A stretch of 64,000 bases of DNA, from contig OX597822.1 of NCBI GenBank assembly GCA_951406725.2, positions 20,460,001-20,524,000 of the forward strand. Reading direction: 5' to 3'. A program made the translations under genes and the position numbers. Numbering within the stretch: the first letter of the stretch is position 1; every line of letters starts with the position of its first letter. The notes below the pieces were generated by a model. That model was not told where the DNA came from. It ran no database searches and saw only the letters and a program-made list of their open reading frames with translations. This DNA comes from Octopus vulgaris (lineage: Eukaryota). Below are positions 1 through 11,466 of the stretch, piece by piece.

Positions 1-800
1 GCAATCATCAACAACCTGGGTGGGTAGCTCTGGAAAGGGCTATTACAGTAAAGGCATTAGAGTTTAGTAAAGAATAGCGTTAGAGGAATCTAGAATAGAG
101 AGGGAAATAGATAGGAAGCTAGAAGAGGCATTAGAAAAGGCATCGTGACCAACATGCTGGCGGCAAGACTGGCTCTTGATCAATTCCTCGATTCCAAGCA
201 CAAAAGCTACGTTGTCAAAGCTAGAGCGCATGCGTTAAGACACTAGGAAATAAAAGCCGTTCGATGGTCCCGGATGGCGAAGGTGCACCGAGGAAACAAA
301 GCCACAATTCGGTGTTTGACGGGCTGGAGTAGGCGCATGCTACTCGTATCCAAGCAGATGTGTGCGGAATTTCAGCGGCACTATGCCAAACATACGGAGT
401 GTACGGTGAATCAGAGACAGGATGGATTTCACTTCCAAATCTCGACGGCATGTCACACCTTTCGGCTAGGAACGGGTCGAGGTAGGTAGTGCGTATATCG
501 CTTCTGTCATCTATTATCGCCTGACCGTCGGCCCTTGACCTGCTTCGTGGATCTTCAAGTTGGAGCGCCTGCTCTCCCACTTTCTGTGGAAGGACGTAAT
601 CCTTTCGTCAGACGATCCATCTGCTGCCAGCAGATACCGAGGCTACCGAGTGGAGGACTGGACGTGCTAAGACTGCGACATATTCAGTGTTTCCTTGACA
701 GCGAGCAAGTGTGGTCGCCGTTTGTCAGACAAAATTTTCCGTAGCTCGTTTCAATAACGGACCAACAATCTTGGATCAATCGACTTACCCGCTCTTCTGT
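1..800 (+). mobile_element. Decayed Tx1/L1-clade LINE ORF2 remnant (linker region fused to post-RT region, RT core missing)
   Basis: Translates to ...FLWKG/RNPFVRRSICCQ...GGL...LRHIQCFLDSEQVWSPFVRQNFP. Nucleotides 670-740 are homologous to 49990-50060 of the YADD-containing copy. Confidence 0.65.
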
Positions 801-1119
801 ATTTGCTAGCCTTGTGCCAAAATTTGAAGCTATGATTACTATTATCATCGTTATAAAACATTGCAACTGAAAGAAATATTTTACATTTTAGATTTTATTT
901 CACACAGAGACACTTATTGAATTTTTTTGAAATGCCTGCTCAACAACTTCGGTTATTAAAATATTTTCATTCTATTCCACTACGAAATGCTTATGTAAAG
1001 AAATGGCGTCTTCTTTCCTTGGATCCAGCCCTCAGAAACACTGCAGTAAATAAAGTAAATAAAAACAACTGCTAAATAAAACAAAGCAAACAGCAAAAAA
1101 CTGCTAAACGAAACAAAAC

Positions 1120-1161
<42 letters not shown>

Positions 1162-1191
1162 TATATATAAAATTATCAATATATATATATA

Positions 1192-1790
1192 TTGACTATT
1201 TTTTTTTTGCACGTTAGACCACTGGAAATGTAAATTTTGATTGAATGTTTTAATTTTAATTAAATTCCATTTCCCTTTGACATGATTAAATACTGTAAGT
1301 TTTTGGATAATTTTCGGTTAAAAGTTGGCGGCTTTTCATCGTAGCCAACGAAGGACTGCGTCTGCGCAGTAAAATTTGAAAAGTTAGTTCGTATAAACAC
1401 GAGACAAGTAACCTTGTTTGTCTTGTGTTGGATATGTTTAGCCCTAGGTTTGACCTTGCTGAAGAATATCAGACCTTGTGAGTTCTCCTTGACTCGCTAA
1501 AAGATGATCAGAAACCAATTGGTCCAAGGAACTAGATAGTAAATGTTTTTCATTTCCAAATTTATTCCTGTCGAATTTTATCCGTTATTTTTGTGGTTTA
1601 CAGAACCTAGCTGTTCTTTCTAGCGTGCTGAATTCCCTATAAGTGGATTCTTTATGTGTTTAAATATACACTATATCGTATGACTAATATATAGTCTTCT
1701 TGACTAATTTTTTTTGCACGTTAAACCACTGGAAATGTAAATTTTGATTGAATGTTTTAATTTTAATTAAATTCCATTTCCCTTTGACAT
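1192..1790 (+). mobile_element. Non-coding HHR-bearing element: 508-bp monomer plus 91-bp terminal direct repeat, in (TA)n
   Basis: 1192-1283 nearly identical to 1700-1790; (TA)n on both flanks; HHR at 1454-1529. Confidence 0.8.
1454..1529 (+). ncRNA. Type-I hammerhead ribozyme motif
   Basis: CCTTG-CTGAAGA-[stem II ATCA/TGAT with inner GTGAGT/ACTCGC]-GAAA-palindromic stem III ACCAATTGGT-GTC cleavage triplet (1522-1524)-CAAGG. Confidence 0.85.
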
Positions 1791-1800
1791 TTATATATAT

Positions 1801-1849
<49 letters not shown>

Positions 1850-1859
1850 TGAACACACA

Positions 1860-2150
1860 AATAAGTGAAAGAAAATGTTAAAAGTAACACTTCCTCAGAA
1901 AGATGCAACTTCATAAATACGTTTAACGCCAACTACAACAGTATGTATGCACACTGCATTAACACGAATAGTGTTAACTATTCGTGCGTTAACACGAATA
2001 GTGAAAGTGTTCTTGCACAAATGTTCTTTGAAATAAATAAGTCTTTTAATATGAATCATTTCACTAAAAGATTGGAAGTTGGAAACATTTTGTCCATGAA
2101 ACGGGTGTCGGTATTCCACAATTAATCATATAAACCCGTGGGAAGAAAAA
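1860..2150 (+). mobile_element. Possible decayed Penelope-like 3' end
   Basis: SERCNFINTFNANYN resembles a GIY-YIG C-terminal E..FI..F.P.LN. It is followed by a degenerate HHR-like CTAAAAGA-TTGGA...TCCA-TGAAAC-GGGT-GTC (about 2064-2110). Confidence 0.35.
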
Positions 2151-3524
2151 GAGCAGTGTATTTCTGTCTTTCTAGGCACACAGCAGATTACCCCTTTTCA
2201 ACTAACTCAAAGTTGGAGACAGCCTTGGAATATATATTAAATTAAATATCCGGTATTTGGAGAGGGAATGTGTAAGGCACAATAAAGTAGGATCATTAAA
2301 ATAGAAGACAGAGCAAAGCACAAGCCGCAGTATACTTACACATAAGCTGGTTTGCAATATCTGGGAAGGAGAGACACAAATTATTGTCAGAGACATCAGA
2401 TATCGATCCCTGGCTAGAAGTCGCTTTCGTGGTACAATATTGATAGATGGTCAGTGCAAATATAACATTTTGCAATATGTAATCGGATGGGATCACCATT
2501 GACATACTAGTCCTCATGACCCCGTAAGATCACAAAACAATGCAAAAAATGACTCCTACAGAAGATAGTAAGAGAAAAACCACAAAGCTTGGCAAACAAG
2601 GTAGACAAACCAGATGTTATACATCCACTAGCAAAACTCATGTATAAAATTTTTTACACAGAGAACTGAAAAGAGTCAAAGCAACAAGTTAACAAATTAA
2701 ATGTTCCTGTCCTTATTACAAAGAGCGTGTCACCAAACCAAAAATTTTCTTCTCCGAAACACAACCCGCGAACACAACAGCTTCACCCCACGCCTTTTGC
2801 TGAACGCCAGGCAGATGGTTAATTAGATTTTACATTTTCCTGTGCATAAGATATTCACCCAGCATCTCCAATACTTGCTCCTCCGTGGATATAAAGAACC
2901 CTTTCCTTGGCAAGGTCAGTCTTTTTCTTCATATCCTATTCTCAATGTATAATTCGAACAAAGAGATGCACTTGATTTAAACACAGTTGTGCCAGTGCTC
3001 ACGTTCAAAAAAATTTACACTGAAGGAAGCTCGCGAAAAACTAATTTCATGCGTGAACATTTTCTTCGACAGCATTTCTTTTAGTGTTGTCGCTGCTCAA
3101 CGTTTATGAATCACCGAAAAAATGCTATTTTTTAAAAAAGAAAGACGCAAAGTTTTCTCTTTCTAGAACCTGTGTGTGCTATTTCAATGCAAGTTTGTTT
3201 GTGTTATTCTGCTTCGCAATGGCAAATTTGCTTTATTTTCATTTTGCCTTGGCAGGCGTCACTTCGACTCGACACCATTGCAAATGAAGTCGAAATAAAA
3301 CAAAGTTCAAAATGTCAATAAAACGTTTTTCTTCTTGGAAAGTGAATTAAATAAAATAAACTTGTCTTGTAAAATACATTTACGTGACACAGACAAGTAA
3401 AATCATATCCAATTTCTTTTTTTAAAAAAATCATTGGAAAAGGTAGTGATCCAAGTACTAACAACAAAATTAAACATCTGCACTCGTTGAAAATAACAGC
3501 CACAACAGTAATAATATTTATGAA

Positions 3525-3593
<69 letters not shown>

Positions 3594-3723
3594 CAGAAGA
3601 AGAAGAAGAAGAAGAAGAAGAAGAAGAAGAAGAAGAAGAAGAAGAAGAAGAAGAAGAAGAAGAATTGTTATTATTATTATTATTATAATTATCATTATTA
3701 TTATCATTGTTATTATTATTATT

Positions 3724-4277
3724 GAGTGAGAGAGCAGAGCATGCCATCAAAGTGACACTGGGGTAAAATATACGAAGCCCAGTATACCCATCATGACGAC
3801 CCGTCTGATAAGGGTACACCAGGCACATGCATCACAACCATATGTGCACCACATGGTGATCTCGTATCAAGATAAACAGCACATGACCTTGCAGGTGGGG
3901 CCCAGTTAGAATTTTCTTCTGGTCGAGTAGCCCATCCCGCTCAAAAGGTCCCTGAATAAGGGTTGTTTAAGGATGTTGAACGAAACACTCATGTTTCCAG
4001 AGGTGAATTATCCAAACCCCAAAGAATCCCTTTCAACACATGGCTATGATGCTCCCCCACTACTTCTGCTCGTGATCAGAGATGCACATATCGTCAGCCA
4101 CAAAGGGACATGCTCAACTGGTTAAGGTCAAACAACTGACAAGCAAATCTGTGGTATTGAGCAGAATATTTGCTGTAGCCCATCTTTTTATACCAAGACA
4201 AAACAACGTACATAATAATACTTCTAATCAGTTAAGATCAGAAACCACGAGAGCCACTGCCTGGTACTGCATCGGGG

Positions 4278-4281
<4 letters not shown>
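3724..4281 (-). mobile_element. 560-bp non-coding interspersed element in (AAT)n, full copy 1
   Basis: Nearly identical to 5478-6032; both ends embedded in (ATT)n; no ORF. Confidence 0.85.
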
Positions 4282-4324
<43 letters not shown>

Positions 4325-4327
<3 letters not shown>

Positions 4328-4815
4328 ATCCCCTCCGCCTTAGCGAAGGTGGAGGTATTGTTTTCAGTCGTGTTTGCTTGTTTGTTTATTCGTGGACAAG
4401 ATATCTCAAGAACCGCTGGATTTTTCGAATGAAACTTTCAGGGATGTTTGCTCACGTGACTGGTACGAACTGATTAGATTTGGGGATTGATCCGGTACTG
4501 GAGAAAGATTCTGGATTATTTTTCCTGTTATTTTTTGCTTAATTTTTGAGAGCGGACGAGTTCATTTTTAGAATTCTCGTTTGTGAGAGCAGTTTATTTC
4601 AGATATTCTCATTTCAAGAATCATCTCTGGCATATCGTTTAGAGGACGTTGGCGTAACCTTGGCGATGGTTTGTGCTCTCTGAGTGCTTTTGTTATTATT
4701 ACCTTCGCCTTAGCGAAGGTGGAGGTATTGTCTTCAGTTGTGTTTGTTCGTTTGGCCTAGTAAATGGCCCGAACTGATTAAATTTTGGGATCGAACAAGG
4801 ATTCTGGATTATTTA
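4325..4815 (+). mobile_element. HINE/DINE-1-like non-autonomous Helentron, with partial tandem second copy from about 4695
   Basis: Starts cctccgccttagcgaaggtggaggtattg followed by (GTTT)-rich tract; 3' hairpin gtgctctctgagtgc; start motif repeated at about 4700. Confidence 0.55.
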
Positions 4816-5173
4816 TTATATTTACTTTACATGATTACGATCTTACGTTCAACTTCAAGCCTTTCTCAATTATCTCCCTTTAGGTTGTTTCCAAAGTTTT
4901 ATTTTCATTTCTCTATTATCAGTTTTACTTGCGTCCCCATCTTTGTAGAAACTGATGGCTACAAAATCAAACTACATAAACAAACGACAGCAAAACCGTT
5001 CAGAAATGAAATAACACTAACATATTTTTATAATATATATATCATATATACATATTAACATTTTACAGTATACTTGAATATTACTATTTTGAATGATAAA
5101 TTTGTTAACATTAGGTCGATGTAATCGATTTACCCCCTCCCCTCAAATTTGAGGCGCTGTGCCTGAAGTAAAA

Positions 5174-5251
<78 letters not shown>

Positions 5252-5304
5252 CCTTATTATTAATATTGTGATTATTATTATCATCGTCATCATCATCATC
5301 ATCG

Positions 5305-5347
<43 letters not shown>

Positions 5348-5477
5348 TGTTGTTGTTATTGTTATTATTATTATTATTGTTGTTGTTGTTGCTGTTGCTG
5401 TTACTATTATTATTATTGTTATTATTATTGTTGTTGTTATTATTGTTATTGTTATTATTATTATTATTATTATTATT

Positions 5478-6029
5478 GAGTGAGCGAGCAGAGCATGCCA
5501 TCAAAGTGACACTGAGGTAAAATACGAAGCCCAGTATACCCATCATGACGACCCGTCTGATAAGGGTACACCAGGCACATGCATCACAACCATATGTGCG
5601 CGACATGGTGATCTCATATCAAGATAAACAGCACATGACCTTGCAGGTGGAGCCCAGTTAGAATTTTCTTCAGATCGAGTAACCCATCCCGCTCAAAAGG
5701 TCCCTGAATAAGGGTTGTTTAAGGACGTTGAACGAAACACCCATGTTTCCAGAGGTGAATTATTCAAACCCCAAAGAATCCTTCTCAACACATGGCTATG
5801 ATGCTCCCCCACTACTTCTGCTCGTGATCAGAGATGCACATATCGTCAGCCACTAAGGGACATGCTCAACTGGTTGAGGTCAAACAACTGACAAGCAAAT
5901 CTGTGGTATTGAGCAGAATATTTGCTATAGCCCATCTTTTATACCAAGACAAAACAATGTACATGATAACACTTCCAATCAGTTAAGATCAGAAGCCATG
6001 AGAGCCACTGCCTGGTACTGCATCAGGGC

Positions 6030-6032
<3 letters not shown>
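5478..6032 (-). mobile_element. 560-bp (AAT)n element, full copy 2
   Basis: Homologous to 3724-4281 along its length; (ATT)n flanks. Confidence 0.85.
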
Positions 6033-6114
<82 letters not shown>

Positions 6115-6115
6115 A

Positions 6116-6428
6116 TGGAATGAGAGATCAGCACACGCTATCAAAGTGACACTGGGATGCAAATATGCGAAGCCCAATATACCCAGCGTGACTATCAGTC
6201 TGATAAGGGTACACTAGGCCCAAGTATCACAACCATATATACACGACCTGGTGACATATCAAGATAAATAGCACGTAACCATGTAGATGGAATTTTCTTC
6301 AGGTCCAGTAGCCCTTCCAGCTCAAAAGGTCTCTGAATAAAGGTTATTTAAAGATAATGAACGAAACACGCATGTTTTCAGGAGTGCATTATCCAAACCC
6401 TACGGGCTCCCTCTCAACACATGGCTAA
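6116..6428 (-). mobile_element. 560-bp element, diverged 5'-truncated copy 3
   Basis: atcaaagtgacactggg...ctctcaacacatggcta matches the left ~310 bp of copies 1 and 2. Confidence 0.75.
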
Positions 6429-6439
6429 GAAACTCCAGT

Positions 6440-7305
6440 AACAACAGCAGTAGTAGATACGACGATGGCGAAAGTATGGAATGCATTGCAATGGAGATGG
6501 ATGACAAAGCTGTTAACTGCAGAGTATATTACTTTTCAAAGATTACAGAGAGATAACTGGAGATTTGGCTACACTTGTGCATATTTTTAGAACAAGCATA
6601 ACAGTATGTTGCTCACTGAAAAGTAAAAAAGTGCGTGGACGAATACCTCACCAGTTACATTCAGGGAACAAATTTAATATCTTTAGACTATATAAATTGG
6701 AAAGGCATAAATCCAGGTAGATGTCAGATGGTTTGGCATATTTTTTAGATAACAAAAATTCACAAACCACCTGAATTCCAACTGAATTTATGCTGGTAAG
6801 ACTTTTCAAAAATTATCCTGAAAGTTGTCGAGATTGAGATAGAAGGGTTCTTTATTGTGACAAAATCAAATTCTCCGTACGTGAAACCACCAATATATGA
6901 AGCATAATATAGTAATTGCATACTGTGTAGAGATGGGAATAAGCAATAAACCAGATTATCTCTCACTACCAAGAAATAATACACCCACAGGCGTGATAGA
7001 GTTGGAGCTTATGTACATCGGAACTGATGCCAGCCAGCATTATGAAATACAAACAGGAAAGATATATTTGCATACACAAAAATATGGCTTCCGAGATTTA
7101 CAAAGCAACAATGCTCTGGGATATGCTAATAGGCACATATAGGGAAACCAAGGACCATCAGAAAAAGCGATGTCCCTAATCAACACATCAATACCAACAG
7201 ATGATAATGTATCTCTCAAAGAAGCTGAGAAATTCTCCAGTGAAAAAGATCTTGAAATAGAGTTAACCCGTATGTGCAAACTAATAACAGAAACGATTTC
7301 TACAA
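6440..7305 (+). mobile_element. Decayed R4/Dong-clade LINE (CCHC + RLE region)
   Basis: Fragments IEGFFIV..Q, CILCRDG, RRDRVGAYVH, ANR, SIPTDDNVSLKEAEK...DLEIELTRM. Confidence 0.65.
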
Positions 7306-7480
7306 TACAGTTCTAATTTGAGAGATGAGGAATTATGTACATTATTTACATTTGACGATATTTGTCCTCATTTTGTTTGTTGTTAGCACAACGTTTCGGC
7401 TGGTGTACTCTCCAGCCTTCATCAGGTGTCCTGGAGGCATTTCGAACCTGGGTTCTCATTCCTTAGGTAATTTTTGATGC

Positions 7481-7565
<85 letters not shown>

Positions 7566-7683
7566 ATTATTATTATTATGTTTAATATTAATATTTTTAT
7601 TCAGGTCACTGCCTGGAATCGAACTCTGAATCTTGGCGTTAGTAGCCCGGGCTCTTAACCATTATGCCATATGCCCACGGGCA
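7306..7683 (-). mobile_element. tRNA-headed SINE-like element with internal (AAT)n and a hammerhead ribozyme
   Basis: Minus strand: A box TGGCATAATGG (7659-7669), B box GAGTTCGATTCC (7615-7626), (AAT)n, then HHR at 7387-7428. Confidence 0.75.
7387..7428 (-). ncRNA. Minimal type-I hammerhead ribozyme motif
   Basis: CAC-CTGATGA-A-GGCTGG-agagtaca-CCAGCC-GAAAC-GT-T-GTG. Confidence 0.85.
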
Positions 7684-7689
7684 TAGTAC

Positions 7690-7907
7690 TTACTCTAGCC
7701 GAACCGCGAAGTTACAGAGGACGTAAACACACCAACATCGGTTGTCAAGCGATGATGGGGGACAAAATCACACACACGCACACATATGACGGGCTTCTTT
7801 CAGTTTCTGTCTACCAAATCCACTCACAATGCCTTGTTTAGCTCGAGATGCCACACATGAGGGACTGAACCCCGGACTCTGTGGTTGGTAAGCAACCCAC
7901 TTACCAC

Positions 7908-7910
<3 letters not shown>
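7690..7910 (-). mobile_element. tRNA-derived SINE family A, internally deleted copy
   Basis: Shares gccgaaccgc.aagttac, cagtttc.gtctaccaaatccactcacaa and gggactgaacc with the copy at 26796-27210. Confidence 0.75.
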
Positions 7911-7950
<40 letters not shown>

Positions 7951-7952
<2 letters not shown>

Positions 7953-8385
7953 AATGTGGGATAAGATTGTTTTCGAAAAAAATTATTTTCGAAAAAAAAT
8001 TAATCAATGGCCAGCATATTAAAAAATACCTTTAAAGGTTAAATTTATAAACAATTCATAAATAAGGGCAAACAAAAAAATTCCTAATGCCAAATATGCC
8101 GAAAAATTGGACATATTGTCCATTAACCATATAATTTTTTCACGATACGCACGCTACTCCAAAAAAGGTCGACAGAAATTTCTAAAAAAATCCATTATTA
8201 CCATATCGGACCGATTTCAGGGTTAGCTCATAACAGCCCTCCCTTCGTCAGTGATACATGTGGCAAAAAAAATAAATGAGATACCTACTCATACCCATGG
8301 CATAAATAAGAGCAAAGGAAAAAATTTCTGATGCCAAATATGCCGAAAAAATTGGACATATTGTCCATTAACCATATAATGAATT

Positions 8386-8392
<7 letters not shown>
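7951..8392 (-). mobile_element. Non-coding HHR-bearing element with 244-bp period direct repeat and short inverted tail, in (TA)n
   Basis: 8057-8135 matches 8301-8380; 8379-8392 is the reverse complement of 8046-8059; (TA)n flanks; HHR at 8204-8256. Confidence 0.75.
8204..8256 (-). ncRNA. Type-I hammerhead ribozyme motif, slightly decayed
   Basis: TATCA-CTGACGA-AGGG...CCCT-GAAA-TCGGT-C-CGATA; stem III ATCGGT is one change from palindrome ACCGGT; A-C mismatch in stem I. Confidence 0.75.
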
Positions 8393-8458
<66 letters not shown>

Positions 8459-8561
8459 ACCTTTTATCTTTTACTCGTTTTAGCCATTAGACTTCGACCA
8501 TGCTGAGGCGATATGTATGTATGTATATGAATGAATATATATCTATATATAAGTATGTACA

Positions 8562-8625
<64 letters not shown>

Positions 8626-8688
8626 TATTTACACATATATATGTATAAATATATGTTATATATATATATATATTTATACATATATATG

Positions 8689-8756
<68 letters not shown>

Positions 8757-9219
8757 TATTTTGTGTGCTTGTGTGAGTGTGGGTGTTAACTGCTCCCGTT
8801 AAGAGATTCATTTCGGCAAACCCAACTGATATATGTGGAATTATTTAGATTCTTCATAAAGCATATTTTTTTTCAAAAAATTGTTATCCAAAATTGTTTC
8901 TTTCCGACTTGTGTCTCATTTCCCACTTGAATAAATTATTTTTTGATTAGTTTTAAGATAGCAGATAGCAATACAAGATGGCGCCAAACATATCTCTTTT
9001 CATTTAAGTGTTGCATGGCAAATTATTATTACAAGCTTTCAGGTTACAATGATTCCATCTACATACCAGATCCCCACCCGCGTTCAAATATATGACTTGT
9101 TTATTCTTTGCACACATGAAGGCTTCTATTTGGTACTCAACATACATACCCCAATCCATATGTAAACACACATAAATATACATATATACATACATGCATA
9201 CATACATACATTCATGTAT

Positions 9220-9670
9220 ACAGCTAAAAATCAACGAAAAAGAAAGTACCTACACTGAACTATTGAGAAAATCTACAGTTCAGGTTTATACCTGTAATAA
9301 TAGGGGCACTGGGATATGTAATACACTGCCTAAGTACCAATCTTGAGAAATTAGGCTGATTAGAAGATTGAAAGCTTATTCGAGCACTACAGATCCAAGC
9401 CATCACTGGAACTGACAAATTGTAAAACCTTCCAGAAGTTTATGACTTAAGTATGTATGGGCATTTCTAGAAGGCAGCTATATGTATGAGAATATGTGCA
9501 TAAAACAAAATATAAAAAATCTACACTTGCACTGACACCACATGCTGCACATATACTCACATACATGGAAAAATACCATTTTGATGTTGAAATTCCAATG
9601 ATGAAACCTTGAATAAAGATAAAAAGTCAGCTCTTTCTCTATTTGCAAAAAATCTTGAAATAAAACTTTC
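9220..9670 (+). mobile_element. 3' end of an RLE-type LINE; second partial copy at about 10459-10575
   Basis: LKINEKESTYTELLR...FIPVIIGALGYVIHCLSTNLEKL; 9313-9433 matches 10459-10575. Confidence 0.55.
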
Positions 9671-10955
9671 ATCCTTTCTGGTTTTCTCTCCCACCCTTCC
9701 CTATTCTTCTCCTCTCCCTTTCACCTCTCCCTCTCTCTTACTCCTCCTCCTCCCTCTCGTCGCTGACCAGAGGATAACTAACTTTCTTTCTGACTACTGC
9801 CTTCAACAAGTCCACAACGGCTTCTCCTGTCCTCGTAAGCCGTTTTCTCAATGCGTTCAAATTAATTTTTCTATCGTCTAGGCTTAAAATCCCTTATCGT
9901 TTGTTTTACTGTGTTATTCTCCTTGTCCTGTCTTTTACTGTTTTTATTTGTATTGCTTTTACTGTCTTGTTTTGTTTTTACTGTACTGTTCTTGTCACCA
10001 TTTTTACCCCTCCGCAAAAAATCCCAAATTGTATTTAATTTGCTCTGCGGGAAGGACTGTTTCAACTAAGTCGTGTCTTGCCCTTACCTTCGAAACACGG
10101 AGTAGTCCAAGCAGGGGAAGCTGAAGAAGGGGAATGTTCCTTGTGTTGTATATCTTGTACTCTGTTTTTTCGTTGTTTGAAATAGTCCGTTTCCATGTTT
10201 TTGTTTTTATGTTTTCGTTTCTCGTTGTGTTCTACGTTTATTTTTGTGTCCTGTACCATATATGCATGTATATATACGTATGGATGTAGGTATGTACATA
10301 TATGTATGTATGTATGCATATGTTTTATTTATTAATTTGATATTATATGATCGAACGCCTCGCATCCACTTCAAAGTACGTTTTATCTACATACATACAT
10401 ACATACATACATACATACATACATACATACATACATACATACATACATACAAAAATACATATGTAACACGCTGCCTAAGTTCCAATCTTGAGAAATTAAG
10501 AGAAAGGGGAAAGCTGATTCGAAGACTACAGATCCAAACCATTACTGGAACTGTAAAACTTTGTAAAACCTTCCTTGGTTATAAACGATCTCTTTATTGG
10601 CAAGAAATCAAGAAACAAAAACTGAATAATGACCTACATACAAATCTGGTTACAGGCACAGGCATAGTTCATTGGTTAAAATGTTCGCCTTACGATCGCA
10701 TGATTTGGAGTTTCAGAGTATTGTGGGATACCTTGAAGATCTGCTGAGATAATCCTGGAATTGATTCCAGTATATGTTTTTAAGTCTGCAACTGATTCAA
10801 TCATCGTCCCTTTTCCGAAACGCTAAGTTAGAGGAAATAAATAAACCTGTATTGCTTAAGTGGCTGAAGTAACAAATACAGACGTATACTCAAACACATA
10901 CATATATACACATACCCACGCATTTATGCTTATATATATATAAATATATTTATAT

Positions 10956-11296
10956 AGGCGCAGGAGTTGGTGTGTGGTAAGTGCCTTGCTTACCAGCCAC
11001 ATGGTTCCGAGTTCAGTCCCACTGCAAGGCACCTTGGGCAGGTGTCTTCTGTTATAGCCTCGGCCAAATAAAACCTTTTGTCTACCTTTTGCTAGACGGA
11101 AGCTGAAAGAAGCCTCTCGTATATATCTGTATATGTTTGTGTTTGTCACCCAACCAACGCTTGACAACCGATATTGATGTGTTTATCTCCCCGTAACTTA
11201 GAGGTTCGACATAAGAGAACTATAGAATAAGTCGATTTGCTCGATTAAAGGCGGTGCTCCAGCATGGCCGCAGTCAAATAACTGAAAAAGTCAAAG
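10956..11296 (+). mobile_element. tRNA-derived SINE family A
   Basis: aggcgcaggagttggtgtgtggtaag...gagttcagtccc (A/B boxes) ... ggtgctccagcatggccgcagtcaaat. Confidence 0.85.
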
Positions 11297-11423
11297 TATA
11301 TATACGTAGACATGCGTGTATGAATGTATGCTTGCATGTATATACACGTTGATATATTTATGTATGTATGTATGTATGTATGTATGTATGTATGTATGTA
11401 TGTATGTATGTTTGGATGGATAT

Positions 11424-11466
<43 letters not shown>

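Noticed and set aside
2150-2700. Additional RLE-LINE remnant (also 14990-15430 and 18800-19300 transposase-like)
   Set aside because: Too decayed to support by eye; needs tBLASTx/HMMER
3315-3828. Poly-I/N/Y/S/R ORFs, and similar YI, CV and MYVC ORFs throughout
   Set aside because: Translations of microsatellites; no coding evidence
3800-3830. ctgataag in the 560-bp element as a hammerhead core
   Set aside because: No GAAA, stem II or stem III in the required geometry
7601-7676. Genuine tRNA genes (also 11975-12035, 16470-16540 and SINE A heads)
   Set aside because: Stems are imperfect, no downstream T-run terminator is evident, and most continue into repeat bodies; treated as SINE heads
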